Below, in pieces: positions 1 to 11,294 of a DNA stretch of 43,432 nucleotides. How positions within the stretch are numbered: the first letter of the stretch is position 1; each line of letters starts with the position of its first letter. The DNA comes from Octopus bimaculoides (lineage: Eukaryota). The notes under the pieces were generated by a model. It saw only the letters and a list, made by a program, of their open reading frames with translations, had not been told where the DNA came from and did not search any database. The stretch spans positions 67,944,488 to 67,987,919 of the forward strand of contig NC_068992.1 of assembly GCF_001194135.2 (NCBI RefSeq), written 5' to 3'. Position numbers and translations under genes: made by a program.

Positions 1-452
1 TGTGAATGTCACTATTGTTCTTTTTTCCTTTAGAGCATTTGCGAAATGTGTTTTTGTTGTGCTGGCGGACATGTTCTTCTGGATATTTTTGTTTATGTTG
101 GTGTATGTACTGCCTGGTTCAAAGGTGGTGGTAGTGGCAGCAGAGTTTGTTGAACAGGTGATGGTGTCATTGCTGACGGCCGATAACTTTACGTGCTTGT
201 TGTTGCCGTTGGTGGTGGTGATGATGGCGTCAGCAGCAATGGTGCTTACGTCAGAGACATTTCTGACGGTTTTTACGCATGGTTTTGTAACCTTGGTTAC
301 AGTTTTGTTTTCGTTGTTGGTGGTGAGAGGGCTGTTAGTAGCTGCAATCACCGTCTTTGTGACGTTTACAGCAACTGCGTTCCTGTCACTGTGTGAGTAC
401 GCGCTATTCTGTTCTTTTTTTTCTCTTCTGGCATCTGAAGCCTCGGGAAATG
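1..452 (-). CDS. Candidate host-gene exon, T/N/S/K-rich low complexity, runs off the left edge (partial)
   Basis: Minus-strand frame 456->1 has no stop for 152 codons (QAFPEASDARREKKEQNSAY...NMSASTTKTHFANALKEKRTIVTFT). Possible acceptor cttgtcttgttcttttgacaAG ends at 453. First in-frame ATG is at 72-70. Absent from the ORF track, presumably because it has no stop in the window. No family recognised. Confidence 0.4.
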
Positions 453-694
453 CTTGTCAAAAGAACAAGACAAGCGTTACAAAATTATGTTTCTCGACAT
501 TTTTCAAATGCCAAGAAGGAAATTTTTGTATTTTGCTAGGGCCGAAATTGCTCCTGAAAATACGCACAAATGAAGCCTAGGTGCTTCGCAACAAAATTAT
601 TTAGAAATTCCAACAAAATGTGGACAGTAAAAGGCCAAATAAACGTTTACCTTCGCAGCCGATGTGGCAGCACGTCCGTGAGAAGAGGTAGGTG

Positions 695-697
<3 letters not shown>

Positions 698-744
<47 letters not shown>

Positions 745-860
745 TATGTGAGTGAGTGAGTGAGTGAGTGAGTGAGTGTGTGTGAGCGCGAGCGCGTGAG
801 CGCGTGTGTGTGTGCGTGCGCGTGCGCGTGCGCGTGTGCGCGTGTGTGTGCGTGCGTGTG
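698..860. repeat. Compound microsatellite (GT)n-(GTGA)n-(GC/GT)n
   Basis: Read directly from the sequence. Confidence 0.97.
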
Positions 861-1010
861 TACAGCTTTATAGTATACTATCAACAAACGACAACTATGA
901 GTTGCTTCTACGTTCTGTAAGCTCAATTCTATGGAGCTAACGAATCCTGGTGCCCTACATATAGAAAATATCTAGGCTGTAGTGAATACTTCAGCTGATC
1001 CTGGCCTCGC

Positions 1011-1062
1011 CCTCTCTCTCTCTTTCTCTCTCTCTCTATATATATTATATATATGTATATTT
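1011..1062. repeat. (CT)n/(TA)n microsatellite
   Basis: Read directly from the sequence. Confidence 0.9.
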
Positions 1063-1069
1063 ACATGAA

Positions 1070-1178
1070 ATGCCATGCTCGAGGATATGACAAGTAAATG
1101 TGGGCAGAATCGAACCCATATCCTTGTGATACAGATCGCAGCCCACCCACTACCAGGTGAAACGCCTTCCTAGCCATG
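1070..1178 (-). mobile_element. Degraded tRNA-derived SINE head
   Basis: Minus strand has a B-box-like GGGTTCGATTCTGCC, followed by tcctcgagcatggcattt, which resembles a CORE-like segment. Confidence 0.45.
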
Positions 1179-4145
1179 CAAATGACTATGAAATATGTGC
1201 CGAGAAAAATTAATGATGCTGTCTAGAATTTCTTCTGCTGATATTTCAGCGCAGTATTATCTGCCTACCCGCATTAGTATTCCAATATCTAACATATAAT
1301 TTTCTCCATCGTACCATTCTCTTTTTTTCATGTCATGTAACAAAAAATATCGTAGGTTATTGCCTTGGAAGTCAAAGAAAATCCAAAGTGTTCACAAGCT
1401 AAAATATTGCAACACTTGACTCGACTTTTATATTATATATGCAAAGATTTGAATTAGTGTGTATTCTTTCTTTATGAATTTACGAATAATTATCTTTATT
1501 CATCGGAGCGTTTCACTTTGCAGTTCACATAACCGATCACTTTAATAGTTTCTCTGAGTATTTATTGCATTTTTCGAACCATTTTTTTCCTTGGTATTTA
1601 TTTCCAATGATTCAGGCATGTTACATTATATTTCTTAGCATGATGTGTACCGAAGAGAATAATAAGCAACTAAGAACATTGGAAGATAGAAGGAAGAGAA
1701 AAGAGAATGAAGCAATTAGGAGTTGAAAATTTATGGAAAGGGAAAAGAAAAGAAAGAAATATATGCATGACGAAATCTTCATCCAAATTATCAAACTCTT
1801 GTATCTTTCTGAATATGTAAAAGAGACGTCAGTAATAACGTTAAAAATTAATGATTTATTTAGAGTAATGAGCTCACGCATATTTAAACTTCTGGGAGTT
1901 ATGTATTCCATATTAAATTCAATTATTAACATAATTGAGCTCACCATCAGGTTTCCATTCCTACAATGTGCTACTTCAATTCAATTACAAACCGAATGCC
2001 GTTAGAAGGAAAATAAAACTTAACTTCAAAGATGAAAGCCATAACAGTGTGCTGGATATAACAAACGACTTCTGCAATTCTTAATGCAATAAGATTTCAA
2101 TTTCCTCCAATAGAAATCTTCCCGAATTGTCCTCACGTTGTTTTGCATCTGTCATATAAAGAGGTCTTTCCACACGCATCAGTTTCGATCTTTCAAAAAG
2201 GAACACCTCCTTTATATTAGTCATATCATCAGCATGTAACCTTCTTCGGAAGTATATATATGCATGTATGTATGTGTATTTGAGTATGTGTATCTGCATC
2301 TAAGCACCCTCTATAGAAGAAATATTTTCAAATTTACGTGAGACAAAATAAACATAGCTATTGGCATTGCATTGTCTATCTGATAAAAAAAATTCACTTC
2401 ATTTAGAAGATTGAAAGTTAGTATTATAATCCAACCACCACAGTAAAGAAGAATATGACAAAATGACAATTTCCCTGGATCTTGTGATAACAGAAACAAA
2501 CAAAACAGCAGTGATGTCACACATCATGTGACTTGAGAGCAACTGTAGTATTGTTCAACAACTCCGAAGAAGGTTCAATGAAATTTATCGAAGAATGTGT
2601 TTATATGGTGAGGAGATTTCTTGCATTCGCTCCAAATTGCTTGGAACTATTCGATAAGCTGTGAATAAACACAAAGAAACTGAGATAACTTGGATCTTTT
2701 AGTGAAATTAAAACTTGAATTGTTTATGGTTAACCTCAACAAAATCCAGAGATAACATGTCCGACTTTTACGAATACACATTTAAAGTAACACGTAGACA
2801 GAAACAGGTTTGATCGTATAGTTAAGACAGTTCTTTTACTGAATCACTTGGTTTCAAGATCTATTCCTCAGCGCAATGCTCCTTGAGAAAAAAATGCATT
2901 TAGAATTAACTTAAGTCTACCCAAGATATACACGTAATCAAGAGTAAATGAGAAACATGTTGAGGACCCCGTGGAAATGTCCCAGCAGTCATGCTTATTT
3001 AACAGCACGTCATGAAGGCCTTTATTCAGCTTTGTTTTACCTATGAAATTTGGTCGCAAAATATGAACAATTATTAGCATGATCCACTGATTCTTATTTC
3101 AGCGCAACACACGTCTCGTGTATTTCTGTTAAGTTGTACTCAAATATTTTAGCTTTGAATTTAGGAATGTCTAGCAGCGAGAAACAAACGGCGATGCACA
3201 ATTATCACTAAGAATTTAATGCAAATACTTCCTTGGAAGTGTTTTCTTACAAATAACACTTTCTGGTAATTGGTCTTAGTTTTCCATGTGAGGTGCAATT
3301 TTAAATGAAAATTTTTAATAGGTTTCCGATTCTGTGTAAGAAGCGAAAACCAATGAATATTAGATACGAAAGCTTTGAGCGACAAAAATAAATTAAAGCT
3401 CAAAACATTGAAATTGAGAAAGAATCCGTAATGCCTCCCATTCGATGTGAGAGATTTGCAATGAAGAGGAGATAATGAGAATGAGTTAATTCAGTGTTGC
3501 CAGCACGGTAACAAAATTACTATTAATTAATCTAGAATTCTCGGTTCAGGATTCGTATTGGTATTTAAATAAATAAACGTACAATACAGTGCAAATGAAT
3601 CTTCGAGTCCGGGTGATGGAGATATACTGGTAAAACGTGGTGTTTTGTATTTATTATTTCTTACAATATATGTTTGTGAATTATACACTCATCTAAGTAT
3701 TCAATGTGTCAAAATGTTATGAATAGATGCCTAAATTCATAAACATCAATCTTTCATCTTTGAACGTTATTCATTAGTGATATTAGAACTAACGTTGTGA
3801 TAAGGGAAGATAACAAATGGCAAACTTACTATCATAAATATGCGAGAATAAATGATACATTTCTCACAAATATAATAAAGTTGAAAGGGAAATACATGTT
3901 CTCAAATAGTTACATTAGTGGGAAATAGACACTTCAGTAGAAAATGTTAATAATTAAAGTTAGTGTACATTAAATAAGTTTCAAGTTTACATATAAAGCA
4001 GCCGGAAACAAAATACTATTATAACTACAGATCGATATTTCTTTTTTATTTCTCAGATTAGCAGCAACTAAATAAACTTCTCTTATATTCATATGAATTT
4101 ATTTGTAATCGTATGAGACAGAATGTCGGTAGGAGGAAGATCATA

Positions 4146-4210
4146 TATGTGTGAATGTGCATGTGCATGTATGTGTCTGTCTGTCTGTCTGTATGCGCGT
4201 GTGTGTTGTG
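4146..4210. repeat. Mixed (TG)n/(TGTC)n microsatellite
   Basis: Read directly from the sequence. Confidence 0.9.
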
Positions 4211-4904
4211 TGTGTGTGTGTGTGTGTGTGGTGCGTGTATTTTTGTCTGTACAATTGAAATGCAAGAAATTCCCATGTGGAAAACGAAGTAACTGCGGTC
4301 AAATTCTTTAGATTAGGTTTAGCAAATTGACCTCCAGCAAAGCTAATCATTGTATACGCATTTTATAAAAGCATTCAAGTTTAGTTTCTTTATGGAAAGG
4401 ATTTCACGATTGATTTGAAAAAGTTTTCAGTGAAAAGTATTGGTTTGTTTACCCCTCAAGACAAATGAATACTTTATTTCATTTCAACCATTGTACAACA
4501 TATTGTGTGGGTTTGGTACTCTCTCAGCAGACAAGTTTATATGTCAAAGAAATGTTGGACATGTGCGCTTCTAAATATTAAAAGACATGAGGTTTAAATA
4601 AAGAAAATAACATTCTCGTTTTTTTATGGTGTCTTTTACAGACAAAGCATTTTTCTCAACATAGTAAAGTTATGCTCGATTTCTTATGGTATTCAACAAA
4701 GAAAAATATATTTCAGAGTCAGTACCTTAACAAAATTGGGCTTCGGAGGAACTCGCATTGATGAAGAACCATCATCATGTTAGATGCAGGAAGAGACGCT
4801 ATGTGTAATACTAATCTAGCATGTTAGTTTAGAAATTTTAACATCAACCCACCTTTTCGTTGTCGTTACACCGGCACCCATGCATGCATACATACATACA
4901 TACA

Positions 4905-5290
4905 GTGAAAAAGAGAGCACCTATGCTACACTTGTGGCGAAATCTGCAGTTATTCTATCCAGATTACAAATTCAGGTTTATACCTGTGATTATTGTGGCG
5001 TTGGGATATGTAACACACTGCCTAAATACCAACCTTGAGAAATTAGGCTTCTCAACACCAGAAAGGAGAAAGCTAATTCAAAGATTACAGATCCAATCCA
5101 TCATTGGAACTGTAAAAATCTGTAAAACTTTCCTGAAGTTTATCATTTAAATATATATGAGCATATCTAGATATGCAACTATACGCCTGAGAATACATAC
5201 ACAAACGTACAAATCTGCACATACAGGTTAGAAATTGGTTCTCTATTGGAAAGAAATTTTGAAATAAACTGAATAATGACATACATACAT
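4905..5290 (+). mobile_element. R4/Dong-like RLE non-LTR retrotransposon, 3' fragment
   Basis: Translation YPDYKFRFIPVIIVALGYVTHCL...LQIQSIIGTVKICKTFLKF matches the C-terminal motif of RLE domains (IPVIIGALG...GT). (CATA)n tracts lie on both sides. Confidence 0.7.
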
Positions 5291-5431
5291 GAAGAAAACA
5301 CAAACTCTTCCTTTTTTTTCAATACTTCAGAAAATATTTCCTCGACGGAAATGCAAAACGTTTTGTCCGATAAGTTTCTATATTCATAATCACTTATATA
5401 TTTGTCATCGCAGAAGCCTCTGCTTTTTTAT

Positions 5432-5462
<31 letters not shown>

Positions 5463-5600
5463 CGTAAGATCCAGGGACACAAGTTTAGGATGTTTCTGAG
5501 CCTCAGGCAGTCTGTGGCAGGTATAGAAAACAAAAAGTCGATGGTACAATCAGAAACAACTACATTTATTGGAATGGAAGGATATGCACTTTATTCTCTA
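5463..5600 (-). mobile_element. Possible Penelope-like terminal fragment with a decayed hammerhead-like core
   Basis: Abuts a (TA)n tract. Minus strand reads CTGcctGA-ggctca-GAAAC...GTC. The family assignment is inference. Confidence 0.3.
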
Positions 5601-7141
5601 TGAGATTCGATAAGCTTAAAGTTTCTCTATAGTTAATGTTCATACAAATTTTCTGTATAACTGTATAGTTTCTGTTGATACAAGTGAGAATAAAAACTCA
5701 AACTGAGGGTGTGGAATAGACAAAATGCAAGTTACATATGTTTCTTAGGTAGCTGATAAATAACTACTCAACTTACCTAAACATCAGGCCGAGAATAACT
5801 TAATTGGATGAAGGTTACATTATCGCTTGGAATTTCCGTGTTAACTTACTGCAAATGTGATTTGAAATGAATAAAGAACCCGGAAGGCCAGAAAACAAAA
5901 ACGCTTGCAGAAATAACATGATCAAGTAAGAAAGGGAAAGGATGAGGTCAAATATGTGTGAGTGATCTGCAGGATCGTCAATTCGGGAAAATGTTGAGAC
6001 AACCAACAAAATGCACGTATACTTGTTGCTAGGGTCACATCATCTTCGGTATCTCATGCTTCTCTTGTGTATTCTGCACATGGTGTAAAACTATCGATAT
6101 TTATTTGTTCAGCATACTAACTAAAACCAAAAATAAAAAGAACGTGTTAGGGCTCCGAAGTAACTTTATTGTCTTCAAAGAATCAAAGGAAATCTAACCG
6201 AATACTTCATATGTGTGTGTATGTGTGGTGTGGTGTGTGTGGGGGAGGGGCGCGTCGCGAAGAATATAAATATTATATTAGACGTGTCATATTTCATTTT
6301 TGACCATGCGCCTATTATATCTCCAGACAGCACTTGTCACACTAAAGTGACTTCATTTACGCTGTTATAGAGAGAATAAATTAATTTTTCTTCAAAAGAT
6401 ATCTAAAGCTGAAAAGCACCGTTCTCTGTGATAAATGATTTCACAAAAGAGTTTCACACCACCAGTAAAGAAACAGGTACTAAACTTGTGATTGCGTGTG
6501 TGTGTTTGTGATTGCATTTGTGTATGTGTGTGTTTGCTTCCGTGTCTGAATGATTGAGAGTACGTTTGTGGCTGTGTGCATGCGTAGTCAGGTAGTTAGT
6601 ACACACCACAATGTTTAACCTACCCTTCCGCCTCGTCTAAGATACACAAATTAATTTTTGTCAAAATCGGGTGTCCCTCGTTGCCTGTTAAGTAGAAACG
6701 TGTAGGCTGGCATTGCGTGAAAGCAATTCAAGTAACTAATCTTACTCTATACAATAACGAAGATTGCGTTAAATGTAATGATGTTTGTGGAATCTCTATC
6801 AACGGTAAGTATTCCGTCCTAACACTCCAACATCTGTAAAACTCTTCTCCAAACCAAGAGAGCATCCTTTACGGCTATATGACCAAATAAAACTTTCACA
6901 TTATTTCAAGAGGAAAATATCGAAAGAATGACATTTTCTGTATGGTTGTAAAATGTGCCTCCTCTTTTATAGTTGTTCACGTTTATTTAACAAATCTCGT
7001 GTATTAACAAAATTTGGGTACTTATAGACATTTGTATATTGTTGGTATATTACAAATTACAAAATGAACAATAAGCTGAATTCATATTTAAAACAAAACT
7101 TATAACTGCCAGAAATGACAGGAATTGGTTTAAATGATCAT

Positions 7142-8890
7142 ATTTCTTAAAGTCGTGTAAACAAGAACTAGCAGGACCACTCCGGATACTCTTCCAGAGT
7201 TTCCTTGCAAATGGTAAACTTCCCAAAAAGCTGAAGGAAGGCACCATATGTCCTATCCATAAAGGTGAAAGCAGAGCAGAGGCTGGGAACTACAGGTCCA
7301 TCTTTCTGACTTCACATATTAGCAAAGTCATGGAACGAATTGTCAGAAGGAGATTGATTGCGTTCCTAGAAGAAAATCACTTGCTGAATGAGACCCAGCA
7401 TGGTTTCCGTCCAGGTAGAAGCTGCCTCACGCAGCTCTTGCAGCATTATGACTGGGTCCTGAAGCAGCTACTTGACCATTCAAATGTTGATGTGATATAT
7501 CTCGACTTTGCAAAAGCCTTTGACAAAGTTGATCATGGCTTGATATGTCACAAGATGCGAAACCTTGGCATAGCTGGTAAATTAGGAGAGTGGCTGCATG
7601 ACTTCCTGAATGGTAGAAGTCAGACAGTTGCAGCCAATTGAGAACTATCTAGGGAAACACAAATATTGAGCGGTGTTCCACAAGGAACTGTTCTGGGGCC
7701 ACTACTGTTCATACTGGCCCCTCTGGACATGCCCACGCTCACTCGGAGAGCCACTGTCACTAGCTATGCCGATAACACAAAGATATCTCAGGCAATAAAC
7801 ACTCCTGATGATATTGTAAGCCTGCAGAATGACCTAAATGCAATATATGAGTGGGCAGAGCAAAATAATATGCACTTCAATGCAAAACAATTTCAAGTAC
7901 TGCGCTACAAGACCACAAGTACCTCCCAACTGGCATACACAGGGCCTGGAGGTACTGCAATCCAAGAAACACAAACAGTAAGAGATCTGGGCATCAACAT
8001 GTGTAGTGATGCATCATTTCACATGCACATTGTCAAGTTGACAGCAAGGTGCAGACAACTGGCAGGGTGGATACTGAGGACATTCCGTACAAGGGATCAA
8101 AAAGCCATGTTGACTCTGTGGAAGACATTTGTTCTGAGCCGCCTAGACTATTGCTCTCAGTTGTGGTCACCANNNNNNNNNNNNNNNNNNNNNNNNNNNN
8201 NNNNNNNNNNNNNNNNNNNNNNNNNNNNNNNNNNNNNNNNNNNNNNNNNNNNNNNNNNNNNNNNNNNNNNNNNNNNNNNNNNNNNNNNNNNNNNNNNNNN
8301 NNNNNNNNNNNNNNNNNNNNNNNNNNNNNNNNNNNNNNNNNNNNNNNNNNNNNNNNNNNNNNNNNNNNNNNNNNNNNNNNNNNNNNNNNNNNNNNNNNNN
8401 NNNNNNNNNNNNNNNNNNNNNNNNNNNNNNNNNNNNNNNNNNNNNNNNNNNNNNNNNNNNNNNNNNNNNNNNNNNNNNNNNNNNNNNNNNNNNNNNNNNN
8501 NNNNNNNNNNNNNNNACAGGAATGCCCGCACGGGTCGCCACTGCATGGTGTCAAAGGTACCGTCCACTGCATCTCACATAAGAACGAGATACTGCAGCAG
8601 CCTCGGTTTCAGAGGACCTCAGCTCTTCAATGCCCTGCCAAAACATTTGAGAGACATGCAAGACATGGATGCGGAGGTCTTCAAGACAAAACTTGACGCT
8701 TTCCCCTCCACGATACCAGACGAACCAATGGCTCGTAATGAGACGCAGTTTAGGGCAGCTATGTCAAATTCTCTTATACACCAGATGTGCCATCAAAACT
8801 CTTGATTGGACCATGTCAGGTTGGGGAAGAAGAGCCATGCAAGGAACGTGAAAATCATGGTGGTGCACCAGCATGACAGCAGCCAAAATA
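7142..8890 (+). mobile_element. 5'-truncated CR1/L2-group LINE, inactive RT plus 3' UTR
   Basis: RT motifs NYRSIFLTSHISKVME, QHGFRPGRSC, IYLDFAKAFDKVDH, SGVPQGTVLGPLLF, RDLGI and LDYCSQLWSP. In-frame TGA at 7639-7641. Catalytic YADD reads YADN (7765-7776). A gap interrupts it at 8173-8515. Confidence 0.93.
8173..8515. other. Assembly gap (N run) inside the LINE
   Basis: Run of N. Confidence 1.
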
Positions 8891-9211
8891 CAGTAATTAT
8901 AGGATAGTGTAGTTGAGTCAGCTACCTGAATTGTAATTTATTATTACTTCAAATATTATCAGACTTCAATCTACTAAGAAATCTCTGAGGAAAGAAAAGT
9001 TTCTTGAGTACTTTATCACTTGAAGATCCACTGGAGAGAGACCGCACACACAGACACAGACACAAATATTTGATAAGATGAGATACATCAAAACCAGTAA
9101 TATTTTCTTTATATAATTTTTAAAATCATTTTCATTAAATTCCCTCTCAAATTGAAATGTCTTAGACTTACTTCTGTGGTATTTCCACCTTCATCCTTTA
9201 TATATATATAA

Positions 9212-9242
<31 letters not shown>

Positions 9243-10296
9243 GTTGTATGCTTACATAGTTGTATAGATAGATCTTTAGATAGATGTATGTATAAGTAGT
9301 TATATTTGTTAGAGATGATTCGTCATTGCCACTACTGAACCAAAAATAAGCATGCAATAAAAAAAAAGATCACGAGTTTTGAAATCTTTGACATAGCTGC
9401 CAATAAATCTATAATCAAAACCATTTCTTAGTTCCTACTTGCTCGAAACTGACAAATTCTTACTTAACTTGAAATTCTAGACATTTCTCAGGTTAGTATT
9501 TTACAGTTTCTTTGACAGATGCTCCAAATAACATAGACACGTTTAGATTTTATTTTAAAATACATTTCTGTATGAGGCATACATAAAGGACAATATTCAG
9601 TTTTGTTTTCATTCATCTTTTCCACTCTTATATTACTTTTATCAATATCCATTTGAAATTTCGTAAGATGGTTTCCAATAGATATTTAAAAAATAGCAGA
9701 ACCTATGTGCATGTATTTTACTTATTCTTCATCTTACAATGCATATGTATATAAAAGAGCAAAAGAAGACGAAAAGTAAAAGGAAGCATATATTTATTTC
9801 TTTGGAAGGCGACACGACACCGGTTATTCTTTCTAAGTCCGTAAAAGATTACAAACATTATCAATTTAATAGAGAGATATCACTTTAACAAGAGATATCG
9901 ACCGTAAAGAATTTTATGGTGGTAGCAAAAGTAAATAGCAGTTGATGACAGTTATACAATATGTCAGATGTATAAACTTACAGAGATTGAGAGAGAATTA
10001 GTGTCCTACATTTTTAGCTTGACGTATAAACACCAACATGCTTATAGAAATATCAATTTATACACCAAACTACACGTGCAGAAATTGCGTATACAAAAAC
10101 ATAAGCATATAAAGATAATCATATATACATATTCGCATACATACATGTAGGAAATATATACATGTCTATTTAACTGAGTAAAACCTGACCATAGCTTTAA
10201 ACAATATATTTTGGTGTTTGAGTATTTTTATGCTATGTTAAAGAATCATGATGAAATATAAGATCCGTTAATTCCATCGTGTCAGGATATATGAGA

Positions 10297-10374
10297 GCGC
10301 GCGCGCGCGCACGTGCGCGCACACACACGCACACGCGCACGCACACGCACGCACGCACACGCACGCACGCACAC
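10297..10374. repeat. (GC)n/(CA)n/(CACG)n compound microsatellite
   Basis: Read directly from the sequence. Confidence 0.95.
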
Positions 10375-10814
10375 GATCCAAGAACTTTCTGAGATTCGAG
10401 GATTCAATAGACCGTTTAAAAAACGGTCTTTCAAGGAAAAATGGTGGTTTATTGGCGTAGAAAGTTATGTTTCATATGTTGGAGATCGATAAGCTAAGGG
10501 GTTACAAGGGTTGCGCTATGTATGCGAACAAATATTCAAATTTAGGGACTGTAGCCTGGATTTTACCTGTACTCCTCCCTATATATGTGTTCGCCCACGG
10601 TTTTGCCAACAACTACTACGATGGAAATTCTGAGGGCGAACACACAGACACAGGAAGAGTATCATATATTTTGGGGGGTTTTAGGACAACAGGGCTGATT
10701 TATGGCGCTGAGAGGAAGGCCCACAATGCTGCTAAAACTATGACACACACGCAAGCATACACGCACACAAGCACATACGCACACGCATGTGCACATAAGT
10801 AATAATAGCAAAGT

Positions 10815-11097
10815 ACCAAGTCCTGGCTATTGAATTACTGAGATTACGGAAAGTGCGGGTAAAATGTATCCCAGTAGTTATGGGTGCAGTGGAAACTATC
10901 TTAAAGATCTGAAGCGATTCATAGAGGAAATAGGCATAAAACTCAGTTTAGTACAGCTCTAGAAATCAGTCTTAGTAGGGACAGCTTGGTTACGAAGAGG
11001 GTTCTTGGCATCTAAGCCTACTTGTAGCCCGATGTTACGATTTTTCTTTTCCAACTGTCTTATCTGATGAGTGTATATGAAAATAATACATACATAC
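10815..11097 (+). mobile_element. R4/Dong-like LINE extreme 3' fragment (copy A)
   Basis: KYQVLAIELLRL..VKCIPVVMGAV..., then KSVLVGTA, giving the RLE C-terminus with frameshifts. Ends in aataatacatacatac. Confidence 0.7.
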
Positions 11098-11290
11098 ACC
11101 GGAAGAGGTAATGGATGAAAACGGGAAGACAAACATTCTCTGGGACTTCACTTCCACTCAGAGAAGGTGTTCGAGCACCGAAGGCCGTATATAGCAACCT
11201 TTAGCAGAGACACACAAGTGTGCCTAATTACTGACGTGGCATTGCTAGGAGATGGTAAACTGGCTGGGATGGTACATCAAACAGCAGAGT
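11098..11290 (+). mobile_element. R4/Dong-like LINE RLE fragment (copy B)
   Basis: PEEVMDENGKTNILWDF, then EHRRPYI...CLITDVALLGD, a degenerate WDF/RPD/IDVA RLE motif set. Confidence 0.65.
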
Positions 11291-11294
11291 GAAT

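Noticed and set aside
2-580. 192-aa hydrophobic + strand ORF
   Set aside because: It begins at a GTG at the window edge, and its V/L/F bias mirrors the A/C-rich opposite strand. It is better explained as the antisense of the minus-strand frame.
1621-3403. Cluster of hydrophobic minus-strand ORFs and possible exons (1621-1947, 2081-2299, 2311-2520, 2868-3080, 3161-3403)
   Set aside because: Some have plausible splice sites, but the phases do not chain and the F/L/I richness follows from AT content.
5850-5970. Hydrophobic minus-strand frame ending at gca|GTAAGT
   Set aside because: The donor is good but the acceptor is weak, and a competing donor lies at about 5776. There is not enough support to call it.
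8033-8696. Several long ORFs full of X
   Set aside because: They are artefacts of reading through the N gap.
7330-8805. Active LINE RT
   Set aside because: It has an in-frame stop, a YADD>YADN catalytic mutation and a 5' truncation with no endonuclease.
10409-10429. 9-bp perfect inverted repeat agaccgttt-aaa-aaacggtct
   Set aside because: It is too short to be significant alone, and prokaryotic terminator logic does not apply.
11064-11082. CTGATGA...GAAA hammerhead-like core
   Set aside because: I could find no stem III or stem I partner strands and no NUH site nearby.
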